DNA of 64,000 nucleotides from Anthoceros angustus (taxonomy: Eukaryota; Plantae; Anthocerotophyta): the NCBI GenBank assembly GCA_010909165.1, contig MU008222.1:105965-169964 (forward strand), given 5' to 3'. This document shows, piece by piece, positions 11,006 through 22,400 of this stretch. The position numbers were made by a program, and so were the translations under genes. Below the pieces are notes generated by a model. It saw only the letters and a list, made by a program, of their open reading frames with translations. It ran no database searches and had not been told where the DNA came from. Each line of letters starts with the position of its first letter. Within the stretch, counting starts at the first letter, position 1.

Positions 11006-13325
11006 GAAGATTAGTGACATGGAAAAGGAGGAGAAATCATGAGAGGCTGGAATTGAAGGAAGAAGAGCTGGAAGAACGGACACATTTTGTCCAAAGATTG
11101 GAAATGGAACGAGAAGTCCGAAGCAGAGTGCACAACTCCCTAGGAGGATAGGGAGTTGGAGGAAGAAATGGCAAGGAGAAAGGCCGTCATGAGGCGGTGT
11201 GCGCATATGTTGGCGGTGAGGGAGATTTCGGGTGATTATGCCCTACAAGAGAGATTGATCCGCCAAAATGAGAGGAGAATGTGGCTCTCCATGTCAAGGT
11301 GAGCTGGCCTTAGAGATGCTTACAAAAGCAAGTGTGAGCATGGAGTATGGCTTGAGGATTACGAAGAATTGGAGATGGCACAACAACGATTTGCATCTTC
11401 ACAACAAGGTGCTCAAGGCCACTAACGAGTTGTTGCGACTTGCTGAGAAGGAGAATGTTGGGACCTCATGACGATGATAGGGAGGCCCTCATGCAAGTCC
11501 AACCGGAAGCCTTAGACTTGGAGAGTGTCCCAAGCAACAGGGTGAGAAACTTGCACGGGGAGGCAAGTGAAGCGGGAAGGCTGCAGTGTGGAGAATCACC
11601 CGGAAGGGGTAAGGAAGAAGAAACGACCCGGTAGGAACTCCCGTGGTAGGAGGAGTTCCTACCGTGGTAGGAGGGACTCCTACCGTGGTAGGAGAAGGTC
11701 CTACCATGGTAGGAGGCCGGAAGAAGATTCAAAGGCTAGCATGGATTTGGCGAGTACCTTGGCCCTTGCGGAAAGAAGGAAGAGGGGTTGATCTTGCAGA
11801 ATGGAGCAAGAATCACAAGGAGAAGACCAACCTCCTAACATGGGTGCAGGGGCAAGGAGCTCACTTGCTCCACAAGTGAGAGGAAGAGGAGGATGAGAGC
11901 TGGCTAAGAGAGCCCGGGCTATTTTATTGGAGGAAGGAACTCAAGATAGGCATCAAGATAAGGAAGGGATTCATAAGAAGTCCTTAAATTAGCTTGAAGA
12001 CATGGGGCAAGATGCCACTTGGGAAGACTTTTCTTTAGAGGAGGAGGCATTAATGCTTGTCACCGAGAGTGTGTTGACTAGCTAGATAGGAATGTTGGAG
12101 AGCCATTAAGGCTCACATAGGTGAATTTGCTAGAATAGAATTTTACCCAAGATGCTTGGATGTCGAACTTAAAGTCGACAATAGGATACACTAAAATAAG
12201 GAGTAAGGCGTGCAGGAGGCGCGCCGGCTGTATGTGAGGACCTCCCTATAAAAGGAGGGAGCTTGTGAAGTAAAATTATCGTGTCTTGCGCTCCCATCCT
12301 CCCGAGTCCTTCACTTTGTGTGCAGAATTTCGTGGCAAGCCAACGCAGGTCCGTAGAGGGAGAACGCGGTCGAGTCTGGGCGGAGGCTTGCTCTTTGCGC
12401 CCGCTAGCCTCCCTTGTGAATGGTTGTGTGAATTGTTTTGCTTTGAGTGTGTGGCGATGCTCAAGGAACTCTCGGCTTGAGGGTAGACTGGAAAGACTCC
12501 GGAGGTTCTCGTCTGCAAACCACATAGCAACCGCCCAAGGAAGAACTCGTTAATTTCCGGACCCTGGGTTGTGCCGTAAGGCGAGTTGGAATTAATGAGC
12601 CAGCAATTGGTGTTAGAGTAGGAGATTGTGGAGGAAGGAAGGGTAGATGAGTAGAAGAAGAGGCGTTGTTGATTGAGAGAGTTGTGAGGAGGATTAGAGT
12701 GTAGGAAAAGCAAGGCCCAGGCGAGCCTAAGGGACGAATCCCAAATCTGCAAGTAAGAGGGCGCTCCTGTGTGGAGAAGAGTGTCTTAGGAGTAGGGACG
12801 TTGCGGTGTGGGTCGGGGTCCCCAGGCGCCCGTGATAGACACCCTTCGTTAAGACGTGACCGCAATTGTGTGGTGTCGTTGTAGGTTGAGGTTTGGTGAG
12901 TTCTGAGCGATGCTGGTGTGTAGCTGAGGCGTGAGGCGCCTTGCTTGTTTAGAAGGCTGAGGTAGTGTGTAGCTGCGGTGGCAGATTTCTCAAGATTGTT
13001 CCACAAGTCTCATGGGGCCAGTGAACCAGCGGATGGGATAAGTGTGGCCGCTAGAGGTGCATCTAGGGAGCCCAGGATGCCTCCCACACTCCCACTTCGA
13101 CTCCACTTGATCTTGTCCAGTTTTCGGCCATTCTTGGCGTGGGCCTTCACTCCTCAGTCCATCATGTCTAGGACCTCCTGGGATTTCAGGAGGCAATCCT
13201 TTTTCCCTCCATTGGTCCTCGAGGAGAGCAATTCTTGAGCTCTCCTCCTCGGCCTTCCATACACACACATCGAATGCTTCAAAGCAGTCCATTGGATCGG
13301 TCGAGAGCATTCCTCTCGACAGCAG
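11006..13325 (+). repeat. Tandem second copy of 8669-11005 (ORF-X 3' end, LTR, flank)
   Basis: Restarts at GAAGATTAGTGACATGGAAAAGG, has the same LTR/target junction, and differs mostly by small indels. Confidence 0.9.
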
Positions 13326-14740
13326 CGGCAGGCTGCCTCCGATTGATGGAGATTGATGTAGCACTCCTCAATCAATTCCAAATTGGTGTAGGCCCATTGG
13401 CGGCCATACACCATCCCAATTGGATGTTGTCTTCTTACGCCTTCTGCGAAAATCGACCAAATCCCTGGGGTTGAGCTGCCCTGCAAAGCACGTAAATTGG
13501 GGCATCTCGACCTCACCCCCTCCTGGCGGAGCAGCCTCCGCTGCCGCCTTCTTCCCTTTTCCTCCTCGCGAGGAAGAACCTTTGGCAGGCGGCTCCTTCC
13601 CCTTGCCTTTCCCTGCTCGAGGCATGGCGCTTTTCCCTTCTCCAAATGCTTCAAGGAAGGGAATTACTCTATAATTTGAGAGCTTCAAAACTCCACACCT
13701 AACCACACCCCTTCCTTGTTGTGGCAACAACACTCACCTACAATACCACGTTAGCCACGGCAGGTTCTCATTGCTGTAACCTCCTCTCCGTGGTCCTTCC
13801 TCAGGGCGCCGCCGCCAATTGTTCACAGCGCTCCTCCACGCCCTCAAGTTCTGCGACCTGACCTCGAGTGCTCGCTGCTGGCTCTCGCTCCGCACCTCCT
13901 TCTCCAGTAGCTCGGGGCGCGTGGAGAGCTCCCCCTCTCGTTCGCGGCACTCCGCGCTTTTCTTCCTTCCACCGGTCGCTTGCGCCTCGCGGTTGGGTCC
14001 GGTCCCTCCTCGATGAAGCGGCGCGTGCCGCCACTCGCTCGGCTTGCTCGTGATGGCAGCTCCTCTTCGCGGCGATGGTGGCCTTCCTCTTCGCTTCACG
14101 CTCCAACTCAACTCAACTCCAACTCAACTCCAACTCCAACTCCAACTCCAACTCCAACTCCAACTCCAACTCCAACTCCAACTCCAACTCCAACTCCAAC
14201 TCCAACTCCAGCTCTAGCTCTAGCTCTAGCTCTTCGCGAAGTGGAGGAAGCGCTGCCCAAAACTGCACTTTGCCCTCTTTGGATGACTGCCACCTGGAGG
14301 CTGCACAACCCTAGATTTGGTTCATCATTCCAAAATCCTAATCCTATCTAAACTGCCTAGTTCCCTATCCTGCCTGCTATCCCTAATTAATCGCTTTCTA
14401 ATTACTCTATACATTAATTCCCCTATTGGTGGGCATATATAGTGGATATTCCCTCCTATTCTAATTTCCCCTTTACGGTGAGATCTAGTACCTACCACAG
14501 TGATCACGACCTACAAATGGTAGTCTCTTCGAGCTCACCTACGGCGTGGTGTGTAGCCCTACTGTGAGGTACACTTGTCCCCGCCCTTTCGGGCTGCCTT
14601 CCTATCTCGCCTAGGGGTCATTTTGACCCGTTTTCTTTCCCTTGGGATATCCTCCTCGCTTCCCCACTACTACCCTACAACTCCAGCTTCAAAGAATTCA
14701 GAAAATTCCCGACATGATCCCCTTCAATCGATTTTAGCCA
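13089..14740 (-). mobile_element. Fragment of a sister Athila-like element (post-pol region, promoter, ORF-X 5' half starting MPRAGKGKGKEPP at ~13625)
   Basis: GMVYGRQWAYTNLELIEECYINLHQSEAA and EMPQFTCFAGQL match ORF-X. The reverse complement of 14600-14655 matches 5871-5922. Confidence 0.8.
14099..14233. repeat. Compound microsatellite (AACTCC)n-(AGCTCT)n
   Basis: About 14 perfect AACTCC units followed by about 4 AGCTCT units. Confidence 0.95.
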
Positions 14741-14749
14741 AAAAAAAAA

Positions 14750-17013
14750 TCAAGTTCGTCCTTCCTCCGGCTCTTTTGGGTTGGTTGCCCAAACTTTTGC
14801 ATTCCACACATGGTCATGCTGACATGATCCCGCTTAGCTATCTGCAACTTATCCCGGAGATACCGAACTTGCTCAAGAAAATTCTTCTTCTTTCGCTTGT
14901 CCGCCATCTGGTTGTGATCGGTAGCCAAAATCCTCATCTCAAAGACAGTTAGGCCACAATACACATGGGCTTTGATCCACTGTAAACGCGCCTTCTCCGG
15001 TGAGATATCTGCAAGGTGCCTCATGGCTGCGTAGGTATGGTTTCCACCTGATACGCCCATGACATACTTCTTCGCTCTAAACCTTTTCCAATCAAGCTGT
15101 TGTCCTCGCATTCTGCAAGATCAATCATACATAGAAGAGGAAGCACTCCTTCTTCAATCCTCCCCTTAGCAATGACGCGAGCAAGATAATTGGCCCATGC
15201 CTCATCAACTTTCCGGATCCGGGCATCGGGGTCGGGAAGGAAGGCGCAAATTTTCCGTTTACCAACAGTTTGGAACAACCTTTTGGAGTATGCGCGCCGA
15301 ACATTGTCGATAGTCTTCCTCCATATGCGATGCCGCCAAGCGCTCATTGTCGGTTTCCACATGAAGAGTCTGAATCTCATTGCTGTCGGATGGTCTGGTG
15401 CCGCGCTTGCCTGTCTTCCGACTTTGCGTGCCTTCGACTACTCCAGATTTTGTTCTGTTACTCCTGCCGCAATCCCCTTTGCCTGTTTTTTGCCTTTTGT
15501 GAAGTGGTGAGGAGTCGCTGGGAGTATGGACCCCTTCCTTGGAAGGGTGGGCGCGGCATGCGGCGCCCTCTTCACCATCGTGTCGGAGGCGCGCATGCGC
15601 CCCCTCTTCATCGTCGTCGGCGGGGCGCATGCGGCGCCCTCTTCACCGCTGCGAGGGGCCGCATGCGCGCCTCTTCTTCCTGCCCGATGAGGGCGCGCAT
15701 GCCGCGCCCCCTTCTTCCCGATGCAGGCGGGCGCCGGCATGCGCCTTCCTGTCTTGCATCCCTCGCCTCCTCGACCTCCATACCACCCAGTGCTGGGGTG
15801 TCTCGGCCTTGGGATCCCTAAGGCTGCATGCGGCGTCCTCCATCTCCTCGTGCACTCACACCACCCAACGTGGGTGTTCCGGACTCTCGGTGGTGGGGCT
15901 CTGCCTCACTTCTCTCGATATATGGGATAGTAAGGATATCCATTGACGCCCCGGGGAGGTCCAACCTGACCTCCCCACCACGACCTTCTCCCCCATGCCC
16001 CGAAGCCTCATCATCGGAATGTCCCAAAACATCCGGGACTGGCCCATCTTCTTCATCCGATGGCCCAAACTCATTCTCCTCTTCGTCATCAACAAATGCC
16101 ATTTCCCCTTGTGCAAACACACCAAGTCCTTGGCGCGTTATCCGATATGAAACCTCCCGCCTGTGAGTTTTGATGGAGGAGGTAATGGCTTCCATAGTTT
16201 TACAGCTGCTCTTCCGGCTGAGCAGGACAAACCAGATCAGCAAGAAAAGCGGGCAAGGTGAAGCGTTCTCCATTTGAAACAACAAGCAATGCTAAAAAAG
16301 GTTGTGTTGGGTGGCACTCACACACTCAGCAGCTTCTCGAAATTTCGGGACAAGGCTCGCGGCTCACATCATGGGCATTGAAGTTGGCACTCAGTAAACA
16401 CACTATAATCTTCATTGTTCGGAAGAGTGTTGAATTCATATGGCCTTCAGTGCATAGGATCTCGACTGGCTCCTTCCTCCATATCAATTGTTGCCCACAC
16501 CACCCACCCTGCTACTCGTGCCCTCTGATTCGGCAAGGCTCCCGCGTGTCCATACATCCACAACTTCAGCATTGGAGTCCAGATTTCGTTCTGCATCAGG
16601 CTCCCCAGATTCAGTTAAAAACCACTCCTTGTCCAGCGCATTAGTTTCTTCTACCTGTTTGCTGTGGCGCCGGATCATGACAGATTCCTCGTATGTGTAA
16701 GGAGAAGGGAGTGGTTCTGGAGCTTTTGCCCTAGGTGGTTTGGCCAGCCCAGTTTTCTCCCCCCCTCCAGCAACAACCTTGTCCGCTTGCCTCGCCGACG
16801 ATCCGCACTTTCACGAGACGGCTCCTCCCGAACCATGGTCGATTGCAGCTGGATTTGCCTCCAACAAATCCTCTAGTTGGCATGGACACCCGCGCTCCAC
16901 CTTCTCACGGCAAAGTATCGCTCTTTCTTCTTTTGCGATGCTTGCGCGCTTTTCCAGTGCAGGGCCAACAAGGGCCCATCTTGCAGGTCCTTCTTGCGTC
17001 TCCCACTAGCCAT
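14750..17013 (-). pseudogene. ParB/Sulfiredoxin-like domain protein with acidic, low-complexity N-terminus; frameshifted and 3'-truncated
   Basis: Joined frames 15380-14750 read RIRKVDEAWANYLARVIAKG..PLLCMID..YVMGVSGGNHTYAAMRHL..AHVYCGLTVFEMRILATDHN..FLEQVRYLR. The upstream extent (possible start MASGRRKKD at 17013) is uncertain. Confidence 0.6.
15549..15745. repeat. ~35-bp GC-rich tandem repeats, each centred on a GCATGC palindrome
   Basis: GGGCGCGGCATGCGGCGCCC (15549), GGGCGCATGCGGCGCCC, GGGCGCGCATGCCGCGCCCC, GGGCGCCGGCATGC (15729). Confidence 0.85.
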
Positions 17014-19499
17014 GGCCACGATGATGTCTTCTAACGAGAAAAGACATGGAGAAATCGAACGCAATCACAAATAGAAAGTGCAATCACAAAGCAAGAGATG
17101 ACAACAACCTTTGCACGCGTCCCGTCCATTCCGATGCCTCGCGTGCACAACGTCTCCTCCAATGGTGATCCCGCTAAGGCGGCTTGCTCGAGCTCCGAGG
17201 TGTCGCCCAACCAATCGAAAACGGAGCAGGCAAAGGCGCGCGAAAGGTATGTTTTACGCTCACTCCGCACCAGGAGGAGGAGCGACTTGCCGCGTGGCAC
17301 CCTAATTAGGTCCCGCATCATGGCATATCTAGTGGAAATGCACCAAATCCGCGTTATTGGTAACCTTCGATATTTTAAAATAGGAATAGCGGCTACTGCA
17401 AACCCTAGGTGTAATGAGATTATGATTGCGTTTGCATATCACAAAGGATGGTGTACGCCAATGAATATGTAGTTAAGGCACCGCCGCCCTTCTCAGTGCA
17501 TGATTTCCTATGCGTGTCAAACGAGTGGCGTGGACAAAGCTAGACATGACCTTATAGTGGTTTGCTATCTTCAGCCATTCTATAGAACTAGTTTTTGTGT
17601 GCCCTCCTTGTGCTTTTCGAAGGGACCGGGGACAAAGATGCTCACTGCAACCCACAACACCGATGAAGCGGAGGTGTTTGCACTCTGTTTTGTGGACAGG
17701 CATCCTGGACGATCCTTACTTCCTTAAGTCTTGCTCACCAATTCCATTTGTGGCGGGGGATCGCGAGATCTGCAGGAAGCAGTGAGGTTTGAAGCCTCTC
17801 TACAATTCCTAAGGTCGATGGACATGAGAGCAAGAAGCGGACATGCAGGCGCGATGAACCCAATGAAGCAATGTCAACATGCCTCTGCCTTTGCCTTTGA
17901 GTGAGTGTTATTTTTGCGCATGTGTCTTGTAGTCTTGTGCTTGGGTGTCGTAATCTTCACGAAGGTGGGATCGGGTAGGACATTACTTTCTTAATCATAA
18001 GGCTTGCCGGTCGATCATCCATTTTCCTGTCTCGCAGGTCCGGGGTGGAAAGAGCGCATCGGCTGGCAGGATGCCCGGTATGTGCCAACTCAGAAACGTG
18101 AACCTCTATCGGGCATTGGAGAAAAGTCCAGAGGTCGACCGAGGAGGCCACAGAGGCTGGAAGCGAGAACTCACGCAGCAGGGCTTATTCACCATTCATG
18201 AGTCGAGGATGAAGGGGGTGCTGCTTGCTCGGCGTGTTGACTCACTTGCAGGGAATCTTGGGAAGATGTGCGATTGATGTGAAGCCGGTGGTGATGGCGA
18301 AATTTCGGACTCTTAACTCATCACGGGAAATAAGCGGGTACAATGGATAACAATGAAGGAGAAGGATTTGGAACATGTACAAGACCAACGTATCCACCCA
18401 AAACAGCTTGTGGCGGAGAACAATGGGTGTGCCCCTACAGGCTGAAGTATGTTGCAAAGCGGAGAAGCAGTGCGGTGTGTCGTAGCCATTTGGTTTTCCT
18501 AATCGAGATGTAAACACAAGCGAGACTTTGCATAATCGACGCGTTTTAACATAGTGTATGTGCACAGCATCACGCATAGGCGCGCCATTGCATGCGACCG
18601 AGTTTTTCAATCTGCGAACCACTTGTTTTGCAGCAATGAAATTTGTCCTTGGCCTTTGGCGGAAGGACACCAGTTCTTGTAAAGTTCTGGCCTTGGCGAG
18701 GAACAGAGAAGGCAAGGAGGCATAAATAGCCTCCGACCGCGAACATGAGATCAAGTTGGTTGCTGAGGCTCCCACTTGATAGTCAGTTCCCAAAAGTCCA
18801 CGAGAAATGAGACAAGCTGTAGGGACGGTATGGCTGCCTTTCCATTCGGACAAACATCTACAATCCAAGAATCCATGGTGGGTGCCACATATATAGGCAA
18901 AACCCAGTTCTCGAGTGCCTCCTCGTTCTCGATGGTAGGCACTTTAGGTATATATTATAATCCTACTTTCCTTGGCCTTGAATAAATAATAATGTTTATG
19001 AGTTCAACCATCTATTCGCCCTTTTCCTTGATTTGATTTTATGTGTTTTCAATATAGTCCATTTCATGCCTATATGCATGCCACGCCTTACATACATAAC
19101 CATGTACATAGATTGCATGTGTCATGACACATCATCCGTAACATGTCCACATACATCACATGTCATCCATCGTCATGCATACATACCATGTGCATGCCAT
19201 CCATGGGATGCACATGCCATCACATGCACATCTCCAAATCAAGTGGCTTATGCCAAATGGGATGCCAATCGATCCATGTCAATCGTTTCATCGGTTTGTC
19301 TTCCCGGCAGCAATTGTCAGCGCAATAGCCCATGCGCATCGACCCTTTTCAACTGCGGACCACTTTGGCGGAAACAAAATTCTTCCTTGGCCTTTGGCCA
19401 AAGAAGAAAGTTCTGGCCTTAGCCGAACAAGGCAAGGAGGCATAAATAGCCTCGACATGGCGACCCCCGAAAATACGGGGTGAAAACCCACAGCTTTTC

Positions 19500-22400
19500 C
19501 ACAAATTATCGATACAATCCGGTGAAAACAACTTACAGGCCAAACCATCCTTTGCGGGTGTGAGGTTAGGTGGATGCATCACTCTCCAAGTCCTCATCAT
19601 CCGATTCCTCAACGAGTTCGGGCTTGATCTCCTCGCTTGACTCCAAGTGCGACAACACACAAAAATAGGACTCTGTCTGCGGCATCCTCCTGCTGGATAA
19701 TCAAAAGCGAGGTTTGGGGCAATGAATTGTCATGTGGTCGCAAGCTTGCGGCGAAATGCCTTCTGTCTGTTGAATCCCATGTTGTTTGCTCAATGTAATC
19801 TTTTCGGTTTATACGTGACGATAAATTGCCAGGCCATCCAACAAGCGGTGTGGCTTTGTCTTGAGGTGATGGAAGAATAGTAGCCGATCTTTCAAATAGA
19901 CTAACCTTTACGGCACCTGTCTTCCCACATGATCGCTCCTTGGGCAACCTCAAGCCATCAAACATTTGATGCATGAAAGTGGTGTTGATTTGCGCGGGCT
20001 CCTTCACGATGGGCTGTCCATGTCAAGACATGGCACGGAGTCCTCTCATGCAACTCAAACAAATCACGGTGATGCAGGGTAAAACTCCACTCGACACGCT
20101 CATGGTGCGTCTCCACATAGAACTCGAGCTCCTTAAAACTCCTTTGGAGAATTCCCTCTCGTCGCCCGCTGTGACAAATCCCATTGCTTGCCCTCGTTGT
20201 TGATCGGAGGCAGCGTCTTTGGAAGGTCTTTGCAGTTGCTTGCACACCTTTGGTGGCACTACCTCAAGGACAGCAACTCTCGGACGACTGTGCCTGATGT
20301 TGCTCATGGTCTTGTGTCTGTAGGAGCAAACCGTCCTCTGCTCCCGAGCCCCTTGTCCTAGCAGGCACCTGCTCCTTCTCACGTTGTGGCGTTGCATCAC
20401 GAACTGTGGTGCTCCTGGTACGCCTGGGTTCTGAGGTATCTTCCCTGGTCCTCGCTTGCTGTGCTTCTCGCCGTCCACGCTCGAAGCTGCGTTGGTGAGC
20501 CTCCATCTCCTCTTCAGCTGGCCGTTGCTTTCGTGGCCTCCCTCTCTTGCGCTTGGGTGCTTCAGACCCAAACACCACTGCACCTTCTTGCTAATTGGTG
20601 CTGGGGCTTGTGTGTCTGCCTCCGCTTCGCATATGGTTCGTAACTCGATCCATCCAACAACCAACTTTGCATGCAAGCGAGCACTTGCTCTGTGATTGTC
20701 GAGCCCCGGTGAGAAGACTCCTCCAGTGCGGCAAGGAATTTGGCGTCGTGCTCTCTTCCACACTGCTTGGTGGCGTCACTAAATTCTCGGAGGAGGCGGA
20801 CAAGCTGCCGGCGGTGAGTGATTCTGAGAAGAGCACTCTTGAGAATAGCACCCTCATGAGCTGCCTTGTTGGCGCTAGCCTTGGCAACAAGAATTCCATT
20901 GTCAAGATATCGCTCATTGAACTTTCCTCTTTTGCAACTACTCATCATTCTGCTCTCGTCCTCTTGTACCCATTCCAACACGAGTTGTGCTGGAGTGTTA
21001 CTCTCCAACTCTGTTCGGTCTGAGCGTACTTCTTCTTCATTCTCTCGGTAGATAGAGCCATGGCGCATGCAAACTTGTTGAATCACATGTTCACGGATTC
21101 CTTGGAATATCCTTTAATGCGGTGTGAGACAGAAAATATGATAGCCTCTTGCACTGTCACATAAGAGCATAAGCTCTTCATCCAAGTGTGCCCGCATGCC
21201 TCACAAGCGTCCCATGGTACCATGTTTGAGGAACAATTCTTGCATCATCAAGATTTGGCAAGTGACATGGAGCTAAATGTTTCATATGCTCCTTGCATAC
21301 GCCATCCGTCCTTGAGTTCCACTACTCCTTGCTCACCCACATTTACCACCACGAGAATCAACCTTTCTTGACATCTAATGTGCTTTGGTCCGTTGTGTGG
21401 TACACATAATCTCTGAGTGCGAATTTCACGGCCTTGGGCTTCCATGAGCCCCGCGTGTGAGCATATCTCAAGCTGGTCTCGTGCAATCGCAAGATTCCAT
21501 AGCCATGGGCGAGAATCCTTGAACATTTACTCTAGCTTGCACTTCTTTGTAAGCACACCTCCATATTCCTACTCGGTCTAGAATATTTGTCTTTCATTGG
21601 GCAAAGCGCATTCCTTCAAACAATGAAACTTCCCAATCTTGCTGCACTCACTCTATAACCCAACACAATATAGGAAGTAATTCATCCACTTGGGTTCCAC
21701 GGTGATGCGATGCTTCGAGGCGTCCTTGAATATGCGAACCAACCTCTCAAACCATCGGAGGATGATCCCTAGGCGTTCTCCTGATCAATCGACTTCATCC
21801 GACAGCGTCCGGAATTCTCCTCTGAATTCATTGCCTTGATCGGTGAGCACCTCCTCGCACCCAATCTCTCACTGAAGGCTCTGCTGGTGTAATATGAGGT
21901 TCTTTCGATGCTACCTCCACCCACTTGGAGAAGTGCTCAATCATCATCACCATGTGATTTCCTTGCTTTGTCAATGGTAGTTCCGGCATCAAGTCCGACC
22001 ACCAAAAACAAACCCGGATTGGTAAAGAGTGTAACACAACATCTTGTGTGTTAAACAGCCTTCTTTGCATCTGCTTGACTAGCCACCACTCTTTCCACAT
22101 GCATACATGCGGACCAAATATGTGGTCTTGACATGTGGTGTGTCCTTTTACACACCAAAGTGACCTAGTGTTTCATGCACTTTAATCACAAGTCTTTCTT
22201 GAGGACTTGGCAACCTCTCCTTCTCTCCATCACCATGAGTAGCCGCCTCGTCAATTTGCGGCGCTTTACTGACATTAGTCTGATACCTTCTTTGAGTACC
22301 AGCGGCAGTGAATGCCTCGGATGTCACGGACTAGATCGGCTCTCCTCCTGTTCACCTTGATCGCCATGAGTGCCATGGCTGCATGTTTCCATTGTCGCTC

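Noticed and set aside
14099-14233. Interstitial telomere, or PT/NS/GV-repeat protein
   Set aside because: The unit is not TTTAGGG/TTAGGG, and the repeat peptides are shadows of a microsatellite.
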